Part shown: positions 31,546 to 43,034 of the stretch, one piece after another
How the letters are laid out: each line of letters opens with the position of its first letter
Position numbering within the stretch: the stretch's first letter is position 1
Source: Carpediemonas membranifera BICM
Lineage: Eukaryota; Protista; Fornicata
Direction of reading: 5' to 3'
DNA length: 64,000 nt
Assembly (NCBI GenBank): GCA_019828565.1
Contig: JAHDYR010000001.1
Location: 124,001 to 188,000, forward strand
Made by a program: the position numbers and the translations under genes
Notes under the pieces: model-generated
What the model saw: only the letters and a program-made list of their open reading frames with translations
The model's database searches: none
Told to the model about the DNA's origin: nothing

Positions 31546-33036
31546 ATGACGTCCTCAGCGTCACCGAAGAATCTACCCACATTACAAGAGCTGAATAGTA
31601 CTATTCCACTAGAAGCTTACCAAACAGTTGTCATTCAGCGCGATACACTTGAGCAGCAGCTGCATACGACGAAAGACCGCTATATCCGCTTCATGCGAGA
31701 AATGGAAGAGCGGTGGGAGGATGATCTGCACTTCAAAGATCAATACGAACGCATGCGGCGCATGGTAGAGGAAAAGGAGCAGGCCATCACGGACCAGACC
31801 TGTCGCATGGCCGAGCTCGCCCGCCATTCGGACGAGATCGAGCGCAAGCTTTCCAAAGCCCGTGCTGATCTCGAGACTGTCCAAGAGGAGCGGCAAGACC
31901 GCGAGCTTGAGTTCAAGCGGCGTTTCCGGGAAGCGCAGAGTCAACACCAAGCGATGATTCAAGACTTCGGCGACAAGGCCACGCGAGAGCTCAGGGCGAA
32001 GGATGCCGAGGTTGAGGAGGCTAGGCGGGCAGCCGAGCTTGCGGAGAGGAGTCTGGCCAAGGTCCAGGCCGAGCTTTCAGTCGAGCGGCAGGCTGCTTCC
32101 GAGAAAACTGTCCGAATGGCCAGTCAAATGAGCCAGAAGGAAGCCGACCTCGATGATCTCAAGCACCAGCTCCAGGCCAGGTCTGCCGAGCTCCAGCAGC
32201 TGTCGACCCGGCTCGACAGGGCCTCTTCCTTCGAAACGCAGGCCAACCTCCTCACCGATGAGCTTCGACGCGTCAAGTCCGCATCCGAGGAACGGGTCGA
32301 GCGTGCTGTTCGTGACGCCAGGAATGACTTGGAAGTGAGTCATCTCAAGGAGGTGAGTCAGCTGAAGATCGAGATCGCCCAGCTCAAACACGAGCAGTCG
32401 ACAGTCGAGTCGATTATCAGCAATAAGACGCTCATCAGGTCTATTGAGACTGCGGTGGGCTCGCATATGCAGCGCTTGTCCGATGATACCGGGTCGGCCG
32501 CGAGTCAGCTCAAGTCAGCGACGGATGAGATCATCAAGGCCACGCTGGCGGGGGTGAAGGAGCGGGAGCAGGAGGCGACGACGCAGGCGATGTATACGGT
32601 CGAGGCCCAGGCGCGACTGCAGCATGAGCGCCAGGTGCAAGATTTACGTGAGAAATTTAGTGAAGAATTAAGGACAGCCGTCACTCAAGCGCGAGAAGAG
32701 TGCGAGCGCCGCTCTCAGGGCCGCGAGGCTCAGCTCAGTGCCGAGGTCAAGCGCCTTGCTGAAGTTGCCGAAGCAGCCCAACAACGGTACATCGACGCCA
32801 CAAACCAGGTCCACGAGCTCGAGTCACGACTCCAGCTGGCGAGTCAGGAGCACAGTCGCCTCCAGTTAGAGTTGACTGCGGCTCGGGCTGACCTTGCGGA
32901 CCGGCAGCGGACAGTGGGCGAGTTGAATAGCAAGCTTAGGGACGCTGAGGGACGGCTGCAGGAGTTGGGGGCAGAGCTTGAAGGGAAGAGGCGGCAGCTG
33001 GAGGAGGCGCGGGCGAGGGAGCGAGGGAATGGCTGA
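31546..33036 (+). CDS. Long coiled-coil protein
   Basis: Heptad-rich E/R/Q sequence; ATG at 31546 is in frame with the track ORF. Confidence 0.75.
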   Translation: MTSSASPKNLPTLQELNSTIPLEAYQTVVIQRDTLEQQLHTTKDRYIRFMREMEERWEDDLHFKDQYERMRRMVEEKEQAITDQTCRMAELARHSDEIERKLSKARADLETVQEERQDRELEFKRRFREAQSQHQAMIQDFGDKATRELRAKDAEVEEARRAAELAERSLAKVQAELSVERQAASEKTVRMASQMSQKEADLDDLKHQLQARSAELQQLSTRLDRASSFETQANLLTDELRRVKSASEERVERAVRDARNDLEVSHLKEVSQLKIEIAQLKHEQSTVESIISNKTLIRSIETAVGSHMQRLSDDTGSAASQLKSATDEIIKATLAGVKEREQEATTQAMYTVEAQARLQHERQVQDLREKFSEELRTAVTQAREECERRSQGREAQLSAEVKRLAEVAEAAQQRYIDATNQVHELESRLQLASQEHSRLQLELTAARADLADRQRTVGELNSKLRDAEGRLQELGAELEGKRRQLEEARARERGNG

Positions 33037-33264
33037 GCTTGTGGCTTGTGGCTACTGGGCTTGTTTTTTGTATCGTGGTAAATGCGACGTCGGGGGCATG
33101 AGCGGTGGCCTTGCCGCAGCAGGCGACCTTGGTTGGAGGGGTTAGGGCCCAGCTAAGTCAAGAGGGCTAGGTCGAGCGGTGACCTTGGCGATAGCCTGGC
33201 ACGTGCTCGTTCACATGGCCAGGCCGGGCAGCGGTCAATGCTCAGTCTGCAGATCTTTACGGGC

Positions 33265-34194
33265 TTAATGGGTTTCCGTGGCTTCGATAAGCGGCTCAAG
33301 CAAGACATCAAGAGCGTCTTCGGCGACCAATATGATCTGCTCAAAGTAGGAATCGAAGTCAAGCGACACGAGGATCTCGTCAAGCGCGTCGAAGTCAAGC
33401 GGCTCGAGCAACTTGTCGAGCGCGTCGGGGGCAAGCGGTTCAAGCAAGTCATCGAGGGCGTCGTCGATGGCCGGCACAATCTCATCAAAGAAAGTATCGA
33501 AGTCAAGCGGCTCGAGGAGCTCGTCGAGCACGTCAAGGTCAACCTGCTCAATCAAGTCCACAAAAGCGTGAATAAGCGACACGGTCTGCTCAAAGTAGGC
33601 CCTGAAGTCAAGCTGCTCGATCGACTCACTCAACTCATCAACGACGTTGCTGATCAAGTTCACATGCTCAAGGGAGCCGATCGGTTCGATCAACTTAAAC
33701 AGCAACTGGTAATCAAGCGGCTCGATCAAGGTTTTGTAGGCGTCGTTAAAGGCCGACTCGACCTGCTCAAAGAACGTATCGAAGTCAAGCGGCTCGAGCA
33801 ACTTGTCGAGCGCGTCGGGGGCAAGTGGTTCAAGCAAGACATCGAGGGCGTCGACGGTGACCAACATGATCTCAACAAAGTAAGTATCGAGGTCAAGCGG
33901 TTCGAGCAACTCGGAGAGCACGTCAAGGTCAAGCTGCTCGATTAAGTCACCAAAAGCGTCGGCGATGGCTTTGATGGCCTCAAGGTAGGAATCGAAGTCA
34001 AGCTGCTCGAGGTTGTCAGAGTGATCGGGCGTAACCTCAGGCTGGAGATTGGCACGGTGGGCAAGAGGAAGTGCATTTCTATCGGAGCAGCTGAAAGCCA
34101 TGCCGATAAGCGGAATGAGGGCGAGGAAGAAGAGTGCAACGCGCGTTCCAGTGGTTGTGGATTGGAAAATGCGGTTTGACAAGAGTTTGGCCAT
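33265..34194 (-). CDS. Secreted/membrane acidic repeat protein (LEPLDFD 11-mer repeats); divergent paralog of the array gene
   Basis: N-terminal hydrophobic segment nearly identical to the array ORFs; internal repeats including a ~390-bp duplication (33391 vs 33781). Confidence 0.7.
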   Translation of the reverse strand: MAKLLSNRIFQSTTTGTRVALFFLALIPLIGMAFSCSDRNALPLAHRANLQPEVTPDHSDNLEQLDFDSYLEAIKAIADAFGDLIEQLDLDVLSELLEPLDLDTYFVEIMLVTVDALDVLLEPLAPDALDKLLEPLDFDTFFEQVESAFNDAYKTLIEPLDYQLLFKLIEPIGSLEHVNLISNVVDELSESIEQLDFRAYFEQTVSLIHAFVDLIEQVDLDVLDELLEPLDFDTFFDEIVPAIDDALDDLLEPLAPDALDKLLEPLDFDALDEILVSLDFDSYFEQIILVAEDALDVLLEPLIEATETH

Positions 34195-34897
34195 AACACA
34201 CCTATTCTGTATTCTGTGGATGAGTCATGAGACTGTAGGACCGATAGAGACTGCCAGCGACATTTTGTCGTTTGTATCTTGACATAAACTGCACGCCACA
34301 TTTATCGGCCGAGTCTGCAGCAATGACGCCATTTATGGTTCATTGCGGTATGTATCCATGTTCTAGTGGCTCGCGTGCTTGGTCGGGCGTCGTGTGACAT
34401 GTCAGGCCCAACTCTTGCCGACGGCCACGCATGCCCATCGACAGCCTCGAATCACATCGTCATCGTTATCAGTAGTTGTCACCGATGCCCTACCGCCACA
34501 CGCCCAGTTATGCTAAACTGCACATTGCCGTCCTTACCCTGCACATCTGTCACAATGGCACGTCACAGTGTCGCTCGCTAAATGGCAGTTTAGTGCAGCA
34601 TGGCGAGTATCCGAAAACTGCGGCAGAGAGCAGCACTAAGCGCCATTCCCGCCCCGTGGTGCCTGCACTGTCGCAGAACTCCTCGCACCGCGGATGAAGT
34701 GTCTATTCGAGCATGGTGTGAAACGAACGTTTCATCCTTCAGCCATCACCTTGCGAGCGATGAGGCATGATACACAGGTCTGCGCCTCTGCTGGCCAAAG
34801 CTCGGGTGACATCGACCGGCCACTCGAGTCCCTCTCCTCGAGAAGGGTGTGCTACATGTGGTTATGTAATTTACGTATTCCCTCTGTGCGATCTTAC

Positions 34898-35356
34898 TCA
34901 AAAGGCAGAGATCACAACCCACCCGTGTGAGAAAGGCAGATTTTGAACCAGCCACAGGGATACTAGAAGCAACGTAAACCTCGTCCACGATCCGATGAGT
35001 GATCTTTGTTGCAGGGACACCCTCAATGGGCTCTGGGACGGGGGTAGCTTCCATGGGCCCAACAAGCTCACAGCCGCGTTCTTCTTGGGCTCAACGAGCT
35101 CTAGGACGGGGACAGGCTCCATGGGCTCAATGATTTTGGCTTCAGGATCACTGCGCTTGAAAACGACGGGATCCGAGAAGATGCGGGGCCTGACGATAGG
35201 CTGAGTTTCATGCGCATTGCCAGTGTTATTGGCGATACTTCTATCGGAGTAGCTGAGAGCCATGCCGATAAGCGGAATGAGGGCGAGGAAGAAGAGTGCA
35301 ACGCGCGTTCCAGTGATTGTGGATTGGAAAATGCGGTTTGACAAGAGTTTGGCCAT
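34898..35356 (-). CDS. Array gene copy 1 (152-aa signal-peptide/TM protein; apparent frameshift)
   Basis: MAKLLSNRIF...VALFFLALIPLIGMA N-terminus shared with 33265..34194. Confidence 0.55.
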   Translation of the reverse strand: MAKLLSNRIFQSTITGTRVALFFLALIPLIGMALSYSDRSIANNTGNAHETQPIVRPRIFSDPVVFKRSDPEAKIIEPMEPVPVLELVEPKKNAAVSLLGPWKLPPSQSPLRVSLQQRSLIGSWTRFTLLLVSLWLVQNLPFSHGWVVISAF

Positions 35357-36060
35357 AACACACCTATTCTGTATTCTGTGGATGAGTCATGAGACTGTAG
35401 GACCGATAGAGACTGCCAGCGACATTTTGTCGTTTGTATCTTGACATAACCTGCACGCCACATTTATCGGCCGAGGTCTGCAGCAATGACGCCATTTATG
35501 GTTCATTGCGGTATGTATCCATGTTCTAGTGGCTCGCGTGCTTGGTCGGGCGTCGTGTGACATGTCAGGCCCAACTCTTGCCGACGGCCACGCATGCCCA
35601 TCGACAGCCTCGAATCACATCGTCATCGTAATCAGTAGTTGTCACCGATGCCCTACCGCCACACGCCCAGTTATGCTAAACTGCACATTGCCGTCCTTAC
35701 CCTGCACATCTGTCACAATGGCACGTCACAGTGTCGCTCGCTAAATGGCAGTTTAGTGCAGCATGGCGAGTATCCGAAAACTGCGGCAGAGAGCAGCACT
35801 AAGCGCCATTCCCGCCCCGTGGTGCCTGCACTGTCGCAGAACTCCTCGCACCGCGGATGAAGTGTCTATTCGAGCATGGTGTGAAACGAACGTTTCATCC
35901 TTCAGCCATCACCTTGCGAGCGATGAGGCATGATACACAGGTCTGCGCCTCTGCTGGCCAAAGCTCGGGTGACATCGACCGGCCACTCGAGTCCCTCTCC
36001 TCGAGAAGGGTATGCTACATGTGGTTATGTAATTTACGTATTCCCTCTGTGCGATCTTAC

Positions 36061-36519
36061 TCAAAAGGCAGAGATCACAACCCACCCGTGTGAGAAAGGC
36101 AGATTTTGAACCAGCCACAGGGATACTAGAAGCAACGTAAACCTCGTCCACGATCCGATGAGTGATCTTTGTTGCAGGGACACCCTCAATGGGCTCTGGG
36201 ACGGGGGTAGCTTCCATGGGCCCAACAAGCTCACAGCCGCGTTCTTCTTGGGCTCAACGAGCTCTAGGACGGGGACAGGCTCCATGGGCTCAATGATTTT
36301 GGCTTCAGGATCACTGCGCTTGAAAACGACGGGATCCGAGAAGATGCGGGGCCTGACGATAGGCTGAGTTTCATGCGCATTGCCAGTGTTATTGGCGATA
36401 CTTCTATCGGAGTAGCTGAGAGCCATGCCGATAAGCGGAATGAGGGCGAGGAAGAAGAGTGCAACGCGCGTTCCAGTGATTGTGGATTGGAAAATGCGGT
36501 TTGACAAGAGTTTGGCCAT
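36061..36519 (-). CDS. Array gene copy 2
   Basis: Identical 152-aa ORF. Confidence 0.55.
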   Translation of the reverse strand: MAKLLSNRIFQSTITGTRVALFFLALIPLIGMALSYSDRSIANNTGNAHETQPIVRPRIFSDPVVFKRSDPEAKIIEPMEPVPVLELVEPKKNAAVSLLGPWKLPPSQSPLRVSLQQRSLIGSWTRFTLLLVSLWLVQNLPFSHGWVVISAF

Positions 36520-37070
36520 AACACACCTATTCTGTATTCTGTGGATGAGTCATGAGACTGTAGGACCGATAGAGACTGCCAGCGACATTTTGTCGTTTGT
36601 ATCTTGACATAACCTGCACGCCACATTTATCGGCCGAGTCTGCAGCAATGACGCCATTTATGGTTCATTGCGGTATGTATCCATGTTCTAGTGGCTCGCG
36701 TGCTTGGTCGGGCGTCGTGTGACATGTCAGGCCCAACTCTTGCCGACGGCCACGCATGCCCATCGACAGCCTCGAATCACATCGTCATCGTAATCAGTAG
36801 TTGTCACCGATGCCCTACCGCCACACGCCCAGTTATGCTAAACTGCACATTGCCGTCCTTACCCTGCACATCTGTCACAATGGCACGTCACAGTGTCGCT
36901 CGCTAAATGGCAGTTTAGTGCAGCATGGCGAGTATCCGAAAACTGCGGCAGAGAGCAGCACTAAGCGCCATTCCCGCCCCGTGGTGCCTGCACTGTCGCA
37001 GAACTCCTCGCACCGCGGATGAAGTGTCTATTCGAGCATGGTGTGAAACGAACGTTTCATCCTTCAGCCA

Positions 37071-37682
37071 TCACCTTGCGAGCGATGAGGCATGATACAC
37101 AGGTCTGCGCCTCTGCTGGCCAAAGCTCGGGTGACATCGACCGGCCACTCGAGTCCCTCTCCTCGAGAAGGGTGTGCTACATGTGGTTATGTAATTTACG
37201 TATTCCCTCTGTGCGATCTTACTCAAAAAGGCAGAGATCACAACCCACCCGTGTGAGAAAGGCAGATTTTGAACCAGCCACAGGGATACTAGAAGCAACG
37301 TAAACCTCGTCCACGATCCGATGAGTGATCTTTGTTGCAGGGACACCCTCAATGGGCTCTGGGACGGGGGTAGCTTCCATGGGCCCAACAAGCTCACAGC
37401 CGCGTTCTTCTTGGGCTCAACGAGCTCTAGGACGGGGACAGGCTCCATGGGCTCAATGATTTTGGCTTCAGGATCACTGCGCTTGAAAACGACGGGATCC
37501 GAGAAGATGCGGGGCCTGACGATAGGCTGAGTTTCATGCCCATTGCCAGTGTTATTGGCGATACTTCTATCGGAGTAGCTGAGAGCCATGCCGATAAGCG
37601 GAATGAGGGCGAGGAAGAAGAGTGCAACGCGCGTTCCAGTGATTGTGGATTGGAAAATGCGGTTTGACAAGAGTTTGGCCAT
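37071..37682 (-). CDS. Array gene copy 3 (203 aa because of an extra A in the homopolymer near 37225)
   Basis: ACTCAAAAAG here versus ACTCAAAAG in the other copies. Confidence 0.5.
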   Translation of the reverse strand: MAKLLSNRIFQSTITGTRVALFFLALIPLIGMALSYSDRSIANNTGNGHETQPIVRPRIFSDPVVFKRSDPEAKIIEPMEPVPVLELVEPKKNAAVSLLGPWKLPPSQSPLRVSLQQRSLIGSWTRFTLLLVSLWLVQNLPFSHGWVVISAFLSKIAQREYVNYITTCSTPFSRRGTRVAGRCHPSFGQQRRRPVYHASSLAR

Positions 37683-38385
37683 AACACACCTATTCTGTAT
37701 TCTGTGGATGAGTCATGAGACTGTAGGACCGATAGAGACTGCCAGCGACATTTTGTCGTTTGTATCTTGACATAACCTGCACGCCACATTTATCGGCCGA
37801 GTCTGCAGCAATGACGCCATTTATGGTTCATTGCGGTATGTATCCATGTTCTAGTGGCTCGCGTGCTTGGTCGGGCGTCGTGTGACATGTCAGGCCCAAC
37901 TCTTGCCGACGGCCACGCATGCCCATCGACAGCCTCGAATCACATCGTCATCGTAATCAGTAGTTGTCACCGATGCCCTACCGCCACACGCCCAGTTATG
38001 CTAAACTGCACATTGCCGTCCTTACCCTGCACATCTGTCACAATGGCACGTCACAGTGTCGCTCGCTAAATGGCAGTTTAGTGCAGCATGGCGAGTATCC
38101 GAGAACTGCGGCAGAGAGCAGCACTAAGCGCCATTCCCGCCCCGTGGTGCCTGCACTGTCGCAGAACTCCTCGCACCGCGGATGAAGTGTCTATTCGAGC
38201 ATGGTGTGAAACGAACGTTTCATCCTTCAGCCATCACCTTGCGAGCGATGAGGCATGATACACAGGTCTGCGCCTCTGCTGGCCAAAGCTCGGGTGACAT
38301 CGACCGGCCACTCGAGTCCCTCTCCTCGAGAAGGGTGTGCTACATGTGGTTATGTAATTTACGTATTCCCTCTGTGCGATCTTAC

Positions 38386-38844
38386 TCAAAAGGCAGAGAT
38401 CACAACCCACCCGTGTGAGAAAGGCAGATTTTGAACCAGCCACAGGGATACTAGAAGCAACGTAAACCTCGTCCACGATCCGATGAGTGATCTTTGTTGC
38501 AGGGACACCCTCAATGGGCTCTGGGACGGGGGTAGCTTCCATGGGCCCAACAAGCTCACAGCCGCGTTCTTCTTGGGCTCAACGAGCTCTAGGACGGGGA
38601 CAGGCTCCATGGGCTCAATGATTTTGGCTTCAGGATCACTGCGCTTGAAAACGACGGGATCCGAGAAGATGCGGGGCCTGACGATAGGCTGAGTTTCATG
38701 CGCATTGCCAGTGTTATTGGCGATACTTCTATCGGAGTAGCTGAGAGCCATGCCGATAAGCGGAATGAGGGCGAGGAAGAAGAGTGCAACGCGCGTTCCA
38801 GTGATTGTGGATTGGAAAATGCGGTTTGACAAGAGTTTGGCCAT
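38386..38844 (-). CDS. Array gene copy 4
   Basis: Identical 152-aa ORF. Confidence 0.55.
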   Translation of the reverse strand: MAKLLSNRIFQSTITGTRVALFFLALIPLIGMALSYSDRSIANNTGNAHETQPIVRPRIFSDPVVFKRSDPEAKIIEPMEPVPVLELVEPKKNAAVSLLGPWKLPPSQSPLRVSLQQRSLIGSWTRFTLLLVSLWLVQNLPFSHGWVVISAF

Positions 38845-39548
38845 AACACACCTATTCTGTATTCTGTGGATGAGTCATGAGACTGTAGGACCGATAGAGA
38901 CTGCCAGCGACATTTTTGTCGTTTGTATCTTGACATAACCTGCACGCCACATTTATCGGCCGAGTCTGCAGCAATGACGCCATTTATGGTTCATTGCGGT
39001 ATGTATCCATGTTCTAGTGGCTCGCGTGCTTGGTCGGGCGTCGTGTGACATGTCAGGCCCAACTCTTGCCGACGGCCACGCATGCCCATCGACAGCCTCG
39101 AATCACATCGTCATCGTAATCAGTAGTTGTCACCGATGCCCTACCGCCACACGCCCAGTTATGCTAAACTGCACATTGCCGTCCTTACCCTGCACATCTG
39201 TCACAATGGCACGTCACAGTGTCGCTCGCTAAATGGCAGTTTAGTGCAGCATGGCGAGTATCCGAGAACTGCGGCAGAGAGCAGCACTAAGCGCCATTCC
39301 CGCCCCGTGGTGCCTGCACTGTCGCAGAACTCCTCGCACCGCGGATGAAGTGTCTATTCGAGCATGGTGTGAAACGAACGTTTCATCCTTCAGCCATCAC
39401 CTTGCGAGCGATGAGGCATGATACACAGGTCTGCGCCTCTGCTGGCCAAAGCTCGGGTGACATCGACCGGCCACTCGAGTCCCTCTCCTCGAGAAGGGTG
39501 TGCTACATGTGGTTATGTAATTTACGTATTCCCTCTGTGCGATCTTAC

Positions 39549-40007
39549 TCAAAAGGCAGAGATCACAACCCACCCGTGTGAGAAAGGCAGATTTTGAACC
39601 AGCCACAGGGATACTAGAAGCAACGTAAACCTCGTCCACGATCCGATGAGTGATCTTTGTTGCAGGGACACCCTCAATGGGCTCTGGGACGGGGGTAGCT
39701 TCCATGGGCCCAACAAGCTCACAGCCGCGTTCTTCTTGGGCTCAACGAGCTCTAGGACGGGGACAGGCTCCATGGGCTCAATGATTTTGGCTTCAGGATC
39801 ACTGCGCTTGAAAACGACGGGATCCGAGAAGATGCGGGGCCTGACGATAGGCTGAGTTTCATGCGCATTGCCAGTGTTATTGGCGATACTTCTATCGGAG
39901 TAGCTGAGAGCCATGCCGATAAGCGGAATGAGGGCGAGGAAGAAGAGTGCAACGCGCGTTCCAGTGATTGTGGATTGGAAAATGCGGTTTGACAAGAGTT
40001 TGGCCAT
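39549..40007 (-). CDS. Array gene copy 5
   Basis: Identical 152-aa ORF. Confidence 0.55.
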   Translation of the reverse strand: MAKLLSNRIFQSTITGTRVALFFLALIPLIGMALSYSDRSIANNTGNAHETQPIVRPRIFSDPVVFKRSDPEAKIIEPMEPVPVLELVEPKKNAAVSLLGPWKLPPSQSPLRVSLQQRSLIGSWTRFTLLLVSLWLVQNLPFSHGWVVISAF

Positions 40008-40710
40008 AACACACCTATTCTGTATTCTGTGGATGAGTCATGAGACTGTAGGACCGATAGAGACTGCCAGCGACATTTTGTCGTTTGTATCTTGACATAA
40101 CCTGCACGCCACATTTATCGGCCGAGTCTGCAGCAATGACGCCATTTATGGTTCATTGCGGTATGTATCCATGTTCTAGTGGCTCGCGTGCTTGGTCGGG
40201 CGTCGTGTGACATGTCAGGCCCAACTCTTGCCGACGGCCACGCATGCCCATCGACAGCCTCGAATCACATCGTCATCGTAATCAGTAGTTGTCACCGATG
40301 CCCTACCGCCACACGCCCAGTTATGCTAAACTGCACATTGCCGTCCTTACCCTGCACATCTGTCACAATGGCACGTCACAGTGTCGCTCGCTAAATGGCA
40401 GTTTAGTGCAGCATGGCGAGTATCCGAAAACTGCGGCAGAGAGCAGCACTAAGCGCCATTCCCGCCCCGTGGTGCCTGCACTGTCGCAGAACTCCTCGCA
40501 CCGCGGATGAAGTGTCTATTCGAGCATGGTGTGAAACGAACGTTTCACCCTTCAGCCATCACCTTGCGAGCGATGAGGCATGATACACAGGTCTGCGCCT
40601 CTGCTGGCCAAAGCTCGGGTGACATCGACCGGCCACTCGAGTCCCTCTCCTCGAGAAGGGTGTGCTACATGTGGTTATGTAATTTACGTATTCCCTCTGT
40701 GCGATCTTAC

Positions 40711-41169
40711 TCAAAAGGCAGAGATCACAACCCACCCGTGTGAGAAAGGCAGATTTTGAACCAGCCACAGGGATACTAGAAGCAACGTAAACCTCGTCCA
40801 CGATCCGATGAGTGATCTTTGTTGCAGGGACACCCTCAATGGGCTCTGGGACGGGGGTAGCTTCCATGGGCCCAACAAGCTCACAGCCGCGTTCTTCTTG
40901 GGCTCAACGAGCTCTAGGACGGGGACAGGCTCCATGGGCTCAATGATTTTGGCTTCAGGATCACTGCGCTTGAAAACGACGGGATCCGAGAAGATGCGGG
41001 GCCTGACGATAGGCTGAGTTTCATGCGCATTGCCAGTGTTATTGGCGATACTTCTATCGGAGTAGCTGAGAGCCATGCCGATAAGCGGAATGAGGGCGAG
41101 GAAGAAGAGTGCAACGCGCGTTCCAGTGATTGTGGATTGGAAAATGCGGTTTGACAAGAGTTTGGCCAT
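40711..41169 (-). CDS. Array gene copy 6
   Basis: Identical 152-aa ORF. Confidence 0.55.
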   Translation of the reverse strand: MAKLLSNRIFQSTITGTRVALFFLALIPLIGMALSYSDRSIANNTGNAHETQPIVRPRIFSDPVVFKRSDPEAKIIEPMEPVPVLELVEPKKNAAVSLLGPWKLPPSQSPLRVSLQQRSLIGSWTRFTLLLVSLWLVQNLPFSHGWVVISAF

Positions 41170-41872
41170 AACACACCTATTCTGTATTCTGTGGATGAGT
41201 CATGAGACTGTAGGACCGATAGAGACTGCCAGCGACATTTTGTCGTTTGTATCTTGACATAACCTGCACGCCACATTTATCGGCCGAGTCTGCAGCAATG
41301 ACGCCATTTATGGTTCATTGCGGTATGTATCCATGTTCTAGTGGCTCGCGTGCTTGGTCGGGCGTCGTGTGACATGTCAGGCCCAACTCTTGCCGACGGC
41401 CACGCATGCCCATCGACAGCCTCGAATCACATCGTCATCGTAATCAGTAGTTGTCACCGATGCCCTACCGCCACACGCCCAGTTATGCTAAACTGCACAT
41501 TGCCGTCCTTACCCTGCACATCTGTCACAATGGCACGTCACAGTGTCGCTCGCTAAATGGCAGTTTAGTGCAGCATGGCGAGTATCCGAAAACTGCGGCA
41601 GAGAGCAGCACTAAGCGCCATTCCCGCCCCGTGGTGCCTGCACTGTCGCAGAACTCCTCGCACCGCGGATGAAGTGTCTATTCGAGCATGGTGTGAAACG
41701 AACGTTTCATCCTTCAGCCATCACCTTGCGAGCGATGAGGCATGATACACAGGTCTGCGCCTCTGCTGGCCAAAGCTCGGGTGACATCGACCGGCCACTC
41801 GAGTCCCTCTCCTCGAGAAGGGTGTGCTACATGTGGTTATGTAATTTACGTATTCCCTCTGTGCGATCTTAC

Positions 41873-42331
41873 TCAAAAGGCAGAGATCACAACCCACCCG
41901 TGTGAGAAAGGCAGATTTTGAACCAGCCACAGGGATACTAGAAGCAACGTAAACCTCGTCCACGATCCGATGAGTGATCTTTGTTGCAGGGACACCCTCA
42001 ATGGGCTCTGGGACGGGGGTAGCTTCCATGGGCCCAACAAGCTCACAGCCGCGTTCTTCTTGGGCTCAACGAGCTCTAGGACGGGGACAGGCTCCATGGG
42101 CTCAATGATTTTGGCTTCAGGATCACTGCGCTTGAAAACGACGGGATCCGAGAAGATGCGGGGCCTGACGATAGGCTGAGTTTCATGCGCATTGCCAGTG
42201 TTATTGGCGATACTTCTATCGGAGTAGCTGAGAGCCATGCCGATAAGCGGAATGAGGGCGAGGAAGAAGAGTGCAACGCGCGTTCCAGTGATTGTGGATT
42301 GGAAAATGCGGTTTGACAAGAGTTTGGCCAT
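41873..42331 (-). CDS. Array gene copy 7
   Basis: Identical 152-aa ORF. Confidence 0.55.
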   Translation of the reverse strand: MAKLLSNRIFQSTITGTRVALFFLALIPLIGMALSYSDRSIANNTGNAHETQPIVRPRIFSDPVVFKRSDPEAKIIEPMEPVPVLELVEPKKNAAVSLLGPWKLPPSQSPLRVSLQQRSLIGSWTRFTLLLVSLWLVQNLPFSHGWVVISAF

Positions 42332-43034
42332 AACACACCTATTCTGTATTCTGTGGATGAGTCATGAGACTGTAGGACCGATAGAGACTGCCAGCGACAT
42401 TTTGTCGTTTGTATCTTGACATAACCTGCACGCCACATTTATCGGCCGAGTCTGCAGCAATGACGCCATTTATGGTTCATTGCGGTATGTATCCATGTTC
42501 TAGTGGCTCGCGTGCTTGGTCGGGCGTCGTGTGACATGTCAGGCCCAACTCTTGCCGACGGCCACGCATGCCCATCGACAGCCTCGAATCACATCGTCAT
42601 CGTAATCAGTAGTTGTCACCGATGCCCTACCGCCACACGCCCAGTTATGCTAAACTGCACATTGCCGTCCTTACCCTGCACATCTGTCACAATGGCACGT
42701 CACAGTGTCGCTCGCTAAATGGCAGTTTAGTGCAGCATGGCGAGTATCCGAAAACTGCGGCAGAGAGCAGCACTAAGCGCCATTCCCGCCCCGTGGTGCC
42801 TGCACTGTCGCAGAACTCCTCGCACCGCGGATGAAGTGTCTATTCGAGCATGGTGTGAAACGAACGTTTCACCCTTCAGCCATCACCTTGCGAGCGATGA
42901 GGCATGATACACAGGTCTGCGCCTCTGCTGGCCAAAGCTCGGGTGACATCGACCGGCCACTCGAGTCCCTCTCCTCGAGAAGGGTGTGCTACATGTGGTT
43001 ATGTAATTTACGTATTCCCTCTGTGCGATCTTAC

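Noticed and set aside
33238-33945. 235-aa plus-strand ORF with VKRLEQL repeats
   Set aside because: It is the antisense shadow of the repetitive minus-strand gene, which has the signal peptide and the shared promoter.
34513-34593. CTAAACTGC/GCAGTTTAG inverted repeat in the array spacer as a transposon TIR
   Set aside because: It is only 9 bp, internal to the unit, with no target-site duplication or transposase.
37220-37230. Copy-3 extra A as a phase-variation switch
   Set aside because: A single homopolymer indel is equally explained by long-read consensus error, and similar 1-nt indels occur in non-coding parts of other copies.
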